DNA of 64,000 nt from an uncultured delta proteobacterium (GTDB lineage: Bacteria > Desulfobacterota > Binatia > HRBIN30 > BPIQ01), in the NCBI GenBank assembly GCA_963761335.1, contig CAVXGR010000011.1:32001-96000 (forward strand). The letters are read 5' to 3'. How positions within the stretch are numbered: the first letter of the stretch is position 1; each line of letters opens with the position of its first letter. The position numbers were made by a program, and so were the translations under genes. Below the pieces are notes generated by a model, which was given only the letters and a program-made list of their open reading frames with translations, ran no database searches and was not told the DNA's origin. This document shows positions 58,021 through 64,000 of this stretch, in pieces.

Positions 58021-61000
58021 TCATTCCGGCAAATCTCCGGCCTGGCGCCGCACGAGCCACAGGTGCATCCTGATCAGCAGGTAATACACAACCGGCGTCG
58101 CCACCAGCGACAGCAGCACAGAAATCAGCAGCGCGCCAATGACGGCGATCCCCAGCGGCTGGAGCATCTGGGCACCGGTGCCGACGCCGTAGGCGAGCGG
58201 CAACATGCCGAGCGCGGCCGCCAGTGAGGTCATCAGCACCGGCCGCAGCCTCCGCAGGCCTGCACCCACCAACGCTTCAACCAGCTCCACCCCCTGCGCC
58301 TGCAGTTGCTGGAAATAGTCGAGCACCAGAATGCCGTTCTTGGTCACGATGCCGACGCCGATGATCGCACCGAGGAAGGAAACGATGTTCAGCGTGACGC
58401 CCGTCACCCACAACGCGGCCACCGTCCCGAACAGGGCCAGCACGGCCCCGAACACGATGGCGATGGGCTCGTAGAACGATCGGAACTCGATCAGCAGGAC
58501 GGTGAAGACCAGCAGGATCGCCGCGAGCAATACCGCCACAAGGTTGCGGAATGATTCCTGCTGCTCCTGATACAGTCCGCCGTACTCCACTGTGCCAGTC
58601 GGCAGCCAGCTGTCCTGGCTGAGCTTGGACTTGATCTCCCGCATGGCGCTGCCCAGGTCGATGCCCTCCAGCCGCGCCCTGACAGTAATGGCCTGCCGCA
58701 AATTGTCGCGGTCCAATTGCACCTGGCTCGGCACAACACGCACGTCAGCCACTTGCGCCAGCCGCACAACTGCACCGCTTGGCGTCCGAATAGGCAGTTG
58801 GCGCAGCGTGGCGATTTTGTTTACGCTTTGAGGTCGGGCGAGAACGCGGATGTTCACCACGCGGTCGCCTTCGAGCATATAGGACGAGATTTGTCCGAGC
58901 AAAGCGGTGTTCGTGACGTCGGCGATGTCTCGAGCAGTCAGTCCAAAGCGTTGCGCGTCGGCGGGTCGCACCCGCAGATTGATGGATGGCCCGGTTTCGG
59001 TCAGTCCGTTGAAGGTGTCCACCACGCCGGTAATCGTCTTGATCTCGGCCTCCACGCGCGGCGCCACCTCTTCCAGCCACTGCAAATCCGGCGAGAACAA
59101 TCTGATTTCTATCGGATCCGGGGCCAGCTGCAGATCACCGATCAGGTCTTCCAGGTAGCCATGAAAATCCCAGCGCACCATCGGAAACCGCCGGTTGAAC
59201 TCGTGCCGCATGGCGGCGAGGACTTCCTGCGTCGAGCGTCTCCGGTCGGGTTTGAGTCGAATGAGGTAATCGCCCCTGTAGGCCTCGGTAATGAACGGCC
59301 CCAGCTGCGTGCCCAACCGGCGCGAGTAGCTCTCCACGTCGGGATTGGCACGAATGCTGTTTTCCACCTCGTCGAGGACGCGCGACGTCTCGGTGAGACT
59401 GGTGCCCGGCAACGCCGTAAAGTCCATGACAAACCCACCTTCATCAAAGGTCGGCATGAAACTCGTTTGTAGTTGCCCGTACAGGTAGACGCCGGCAGTG
59501 AGAACGATCGCACTCGCCAGCAACGTCAGCCCACTATACCGCAATGCGGAGCGGACGGCATATTCATAGACACGGAGGACACGCTTGAACAGAAAGCCGG
59601 CCTCCCCGTCGGACGGAGGCGCACCCTTTCCCGGGCTGGCTGCGCGCGAATCAGCCACCCGGCGAGCGCCGGCGTCAAGATGAGCGCCAAAACCAGCGAG
59701 ACCAGCAGCGCCACGGTCATCGTCAGACCCAGGGCGCGGAAGAACACGCCTGCCAGTCCGGTCAGATACGCGAGCGGGAGGAATACCACCACCGGTGTCA
59801 GCGTGGATCCGAGCAGCGCATGCAGGATCTCCCCAACCCCTTCTTGGACGCCCTCCTGGCGCGGCCGGCCGGCGGCAATCCGCGCGTGCATGGCCTCGAC
59901 GACCACAATGGCGTCGTCGATCACCAAGCCGATGGCGGCGGCGATGCCGCCGAGCGTCATCATGTTGAAGCTCATGTGCGCGGCCTTCATCGCGACCAGC
60001 GTGATGAGCACCGTGATCGGGATGGTGACGATGGCGGTGAGGACGCTGCCCCAGCTCTTGAGGAAGAGAAACAGAATGAGGACCGAGAGAATGACGCCGA
60101 AAATGATGGCGTCCCAGACGCTGCCCACCGAGTCGCGCACGAACTGGGATTGATCGTAGAAAAAGGCTAGGTGCATGTCCGGCGGGAGCTCATGGCGCAA
60201 TTGCTTCAGTTGGGCTTTCAACGCCGCGGCAATTCCCAGGACACTACTGTCCGGCTGACTTTCGATGTTGAACAAGACCGCTTGCCGGCGCTGTGCGGTG
60301 ACGATGGTGTAGGCTGGCTGCGGCCCGCGCACCACTTGTGCGACGTCTTTGATGCGGAGCGGATGCGCACCCTGGACCGCGATCACCAGATTCTCGATGT
60401 CCGCCGGCGAGTGGGCGCGTCCGTCGACCGTCGTCAGATACAAATGATAGTTCTCCTCGATCATGCCGGCGGCGGCCACGAGGTTGCTTTGGGCCAGTGC
60501 GCCGCTCACGTCTTGCAGGCTGACGTGCGCGGCCTGCAGCTCCAGGGGATCCACAATGACGTGCCATTCCGGCACGTAGCCGCCCATGAGCTCCACCTTT
60601 GCGACGCCGGGAATTTGCAGAAACAGGGGCTTGATCTGGTAATTGGCCGTATCCCACAAATCCATCTGGCTGCGGGTGGAGCTGGTGAGGCTGATGCCGA
60701 TGATCGGGTAGCTGAGCGAAAACGCCACCCGCGAAACGTCGGTCACGGTGGTGGGCGGCAAATCGCCGCGAATTTCCGATAGCCGCCCCATCACGTAGAG
60801 CTCCGAGCGCTGCATGTCCGTGCCCCAGTTGAAGAGCACGCTGATCACGGCCGAGCCCCGCGTCGTGGAGGACCGCACCGAGGCCACCCCGGGGATGCTC
60901 TTCATGGTCTCCTCGATCGGGCGCGTGATCGTGGCCATCATCTCGTTGGCTGGCATGATCCCGTTGTTCACGAGGACGACGACGCGCGGGAAAGCCGTCT

Positions 61001-61133
61001 GTGGGAACACCGAGGAGGGCATGCGCGCGGCCGAGAAGACGCCTGCCAGGCATAGGGCGAGCGCGATGAAGGTTATGGAGACCGCGTGCCACGCGGCAAA
61101 CTGGCCCACTCGGGATGAGGCACCGGGGTTCAT
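58021..61133 (-). pseudogene. RND efflux permease (CusA/CzcA/AcrB family) split by a frameshift near 59640
   Basis: N-half 59526..61133 (IGLVIDDAIVVVE) and C-half 58021..59658 (FMPTFDEG, GIVTKNGIL, RLRPVLMTS) overlap in different frames. Confidence 0.88.
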
Positions 61134-62257
61134 TGGGCTGGAGATGGATGGAAGTTTGCGGCCGGCGTTTTGTCTCTGGGCGAACTCACCACCTCGAGCT
61201 TGGTCTTGTCCGGCAGTCCGTAGGCCCCGACCGTTACGACTTTATCTCCTGATTTGAGCCCCGTTCCTTCAATTTCGACCCATCCGTCTTCGCGGAAGCC
61301 TGTTCGCACCGGCGTCTGGATCGCTTGAGCGTCCTTCACCAATGAGATGACGCTGCGGCCCGTCACGTCCGTCACCACGCTTTCTTCCGGTGCGGCGAGG
61401 CAGTTCGCGTGAACCGCCGTAACGATACGTAGGGAAACAAACTGGCCGGGTCGCAAGCCGCTGTCCGCCGGCAAGGACGCGCGCGCCATCACCGTGCCGT
61501 TGCTCGGGTCGACCACCGGGCTGACGAATGAAAGGGTAGTCGCCACCGGCGGTTGCGCCAGCACCTGCACCCGCACCCCGTAACCGGGCTGTAGCTCGCC
61601 TGCTTGTGACGCAGGAACATCGGTCCTCACCCCCAACCGATGCAGATCCATCACCTCCGCCACCACCGTGTTCATGTCCACGGCTGCGCCGGGTTTGACG
61701 TTGACGCGCGTCACGGTGCCCGACAGCGGCGCGGTGATGCGCAGCAAGGCCACGCGCGCCTCGGCGTCCTGCAAGTTCTTGAGCGACGTGTTGTGTTGCG
61801 CGTACAGCTTCTGCTGTCGTGCCACTTCCTGTTCCGCATAAGTCGCCGTCGCGCTGCCGGAGTTCAAAGTCATCAGCAGCTCGCCCTTGCGCACGTGCTG
61901 CCCTTCGGCGACGTTCATGCTGGCCACGACGCCGGATGTCGGGGCAGCCAGTGGCGCGTCAGCGGCAGGTTCAGTCGCAGTGGCCGGCGCCGGCTCCACC
62001 TCGCCGTAGCCGTTGACGTAGCGGTGCAAGGTCATCCGCTCGAGCCTGCCGACTTGCACGCTGACGACCGTGGGCATGTCCGTCTCTTCTTCGCCGTACG
62101 TCGAAGCTGTGCCGTGCATTTTGAAGAGCGCATACACACCGAGCCCGGCACACAAGACAACGACGAGGCTGACGATGGTTTGGAAGGTATTCGCCGGGAC
62201 GCGGCTGTCCCTGCTTCGGCGCACATCCGACATAGCGGCTGATCTCCGCATCTTCAT
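61130..62257 (-). CDS. RND periplasmic adaptor subunit
   Basis: N-terminal TM, APTSGVV...V.EG..V.KG, ITAPLSG, LRPGQFV, GL..GDKVVT.GAY. Confidence 0.92.
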   Translation of the reverse strand: MKMRRSAAMSDVRRSRDSRVPANTFQTIVSLVVVLCAGLGVYALFKMHGTASTYGEEETDMPTVVSVQVGRLERMTLHRYVNGYGEVEPAPATATEPAADAPLAAPTSGVVASMNVAEGQHVRKGELLMTLNSGSATATYAEQEVARQQKLYAQHNTSLKNLQDAEARVALLRITAPLSGTVTRVNVKPGAAVDMNTVVAEVMDLHRLGVRTDVPASQAGELQPGYGVRVQVLAQPPVATTLSFVSPVVDPSNGTVMARASLPADSGLRPGQFVSLRIVTAVHANCLAAPEESVVTDVTGRSVISLVKDAQAIQTPVRTGFREDGWVEIEGTGLKSGDKVVTVGAYGLPDKTKLEVVSSPRDKTPAANFHPSPAQ

Positions 62258-63660
62258 CGCGAAACGGTGCCTTTCTCCGCCGCGTCGAGTGCGGCCCGTG
62301 GCAGGGTCAAAGGACTCTGGACAGCATCTTCGATTTGGCCGAGCGCCTGCTGCGTCTGGACCAGTGCGTTGAGTCGATGTTGCGCGCCGGCCAGAAATTC
62401 CACCTCGGAATTTGCCACGGTCAGCGGTTCGGCTTCACCCAACTGGACCTGCGCGCGGGCGGAATTCAACTGCCGTCGCAAATTCTCTTGCAGCGCCTCG
62501 GCGGTGGCCACCTGCTGTAATGCCGCCTGGTAGCTGACCAGTGCGCTGTCGATTTCACCGATCGCCTGTGCCTGCACGGTGAGAAAGTGTGCCGCAGCCA
62601 GCTCGCGCTTCGCCCGACCCTCGGCGATACGGCCTTGATTCTGATTCAGGATCGGCACAGTGAGGGTCACGCCGAGGTCCCATTCGCTGTCGCCGGCGTT
62701 GCCGGCGTTCCAGACATACCCCGGGCCGAGATGGAGGTCGGGATACTGATTGGCGATCTCGAGTTGGAGGGCGGACTGGCTGGCCGCGTATTCGGCTAGG
62801 GCGCCACGAACATCCGCCCGGCTCAACAAGGCCCGCTGCCGAGCTTCCGGCCGGGTCAGTTGCTGGGGAAACCGCTTGAAGCCGGCAAACGAGAACCGGG
62901 TCCCGTCCAAGGCGCGCGCCGGCAGTCCCAGGGCGGAAGCCAGCTGCGCGAGGGCCTGGTGGGATTGTCCGACGGACTGTTGCCACGCAATCCGCGTAGT
63001 GTCCAGCGCGACGCGGGCCTGGGTGACTTCGTAGCTGGATAGGTTGCCGGCGGTGAACTGGCCTTCGAGCAGCCGAACAACAGTGCTTTGCGCCGATTTT
63101 TGCCGATCTAAGAGCGATTGGGCTTCGCGCGCCGCGTAGAAGCTGAGCAACGCGGCGCGGACGCGGCTACGCACCTGCCATACGATGCCGACCAGATTCC
63201 AGCGTGCCGCAGCGGAAAGGTAACGCGCTTGTGCGATCCGATAGCCGCGCTTGCCGGCAGTCTCGATGGGCCAGTCGATACTTACCGGCACCAGCCAGGG
63301 ACTGAAGTTGCCGGGAATGCCGGAATCGAATCCGGGCGTCACCGACACGGAAGGATTCGGACGCTGGCCCGCGGTGACTTGCGTCGCCTGTGCCGCCAGC
63401 AGCTGCACGCGCGCCTCGGCCAGCGCGGGTTGATAGTAGAAGGCGACGAGCGTGAGCGCTTTCAGGTTCCAGGCATCGCCCGCCGACGGCGCTACGACGT
63501 GGTTCTCTTCCAAAAACGCGCGCAAGCCTTCGTCGGTGAGCGACCGCATGTCGAACGCCGCTGCGGTTTCTCCGGGTGCAATCGGCCGTGGATGATAGGC
63601 GGCACAGCCGGCCAGCAACACCAGGGTGGCAACGATCAAGGGCGCTCTTAGCGATGGCAT
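62254..63660 (-). CDS. TolC family outer-membrane factor lipoprotein
   Basis: Lipobox LLAG|C, QRPNP, IETAGKR, QYPDL.LGPGY, PILNQNQGRI. Confidence 0.92.
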   Translation of the reverse strand: MPSLRAPLIVATLVLLAGCAAYHPRPIAPGETAAAFDMRSLTDEGLRAFLEENHVVAPSAGDAWNLKALTLVAFYYQPALAEARVQLLAAQATQVTAGQRPNPSVSVTPGFDSGIPGNFSPWLVPVSIDWPIETAGKRGYRIAQARYLSAAARWNLVGIVWQVRSRVRAALLSFYAAREAQSLLDRQKSAQSTVVRLLEGQFTAGNLSSYEVTQARVALDTTRIAWQQSVGQSHQALAQLASALGLPARALDGTRFSFAGFKRFPQQLTRPEARQRALLSRADVRGALAEYAASQSALQLEIANQYPDLHLGPGYVWNAGNAGDSEWDLGVTLTVPILNQNQGRIAEGRAKRELAAAHFLTVQAQAIGEIDSALVSYQAALQQVATAEALQENLRRQLNSARAQVQLGEAEPLTVANSEVEFLAGAQHRLNALVQTQQALGQIEDAVQSPLTLPRAALDAAEKGTVSR

Positions 63661-63723
63661 ATCAAGGTCCCGAGGAACTCACATAGGCCGTGAATCGAAC
63701 GCCAACGGTCACTTTCAACGGGC

Positions 63724-63768
63724 ACGCTAACACGATGGCCCTGAACGCATGATGAACGAGACCTAAAA
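63724..63768 (-). promoter_or_regulatory. OmpR/PhoB-type tandem direct-repeat site with -10 element
   Basis: Minus strand TTTTA-N6-GTTCA-N6-GTTCA (11-bp period) followed by TAGCGT. Confidence 0.55.
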
Positions 63769-64000
63769 TCAGAGCGCCTGTCCTGCCGTCGTAGCGATAG
63801 ACAGCGCCATGGCTTCAGAGAGCCGATCGCATCCACCCGGGCGCGCTCCGTTGGCGACAAAGAAGTCGATGAAAGCCCCCGTCCGTCCGCTGAAGCGGAT
63901 GATGGTCCCCCTTCCCCGACAGCGGATTGATTCCCCGGCCGCGGCATCCCGCTCTGCGATACTCCGACTGCCGATTACTGGCCGTGCCGGCCGGAATGCT

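Noticed and set aside
59622..59636. CCCGGGAAAGGG (minus strand) as a programmed -1 frameshift site
   Set aside because: The X-XXY-YYZ heptamers are phased to the downstream frame, not to the frame the ribosome arrives in

Overview
High-GC bacterial chromosomal window with no recognisable rRNA, tRNA, CRISPR array or intact transposase. The signal-peptide-bearing Cys-rich, dockerin-like and Myxococcus-type Cys-repeat proteins suggest Ca. Binatia or another delta-proteobacteria-like lineage (inference only). It is an accessory patchwork of lipid and redox enzymes, hydrolases, large secreted repeat proteins, regulators, signalling kinases and two RND efflux loci. Highlights: (i) a large secreted protein ending in -SGGC-stop is translationally coupled to an Lgt-like gene start, a candidate C-terminal cysteine lipidation system that is decayed here; (ii) a 432-bp non-coding composite of two mini inverted-repeat units around a GTAG-REP doublet, flanked by an 8-bp direct repeat; (iii) back-to-back sigma54 promoters with central enhancer-like sites between an MdtAB-like/HK/NtrC operon and degQ plus a helical periplasmic protein gene; (iv) a lipoprotein carrying a knottin-type C-C-CC-C-C domain; (v) a leaderless, basic, AT-hook DNA-binding protein; (vi) repeated hollowed-out genes that keep their ends but lost their middles (response regulator, NfnAB, cupin, Lgt/sulfatase). 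All family calls are by eye from motifs; no searches were run.
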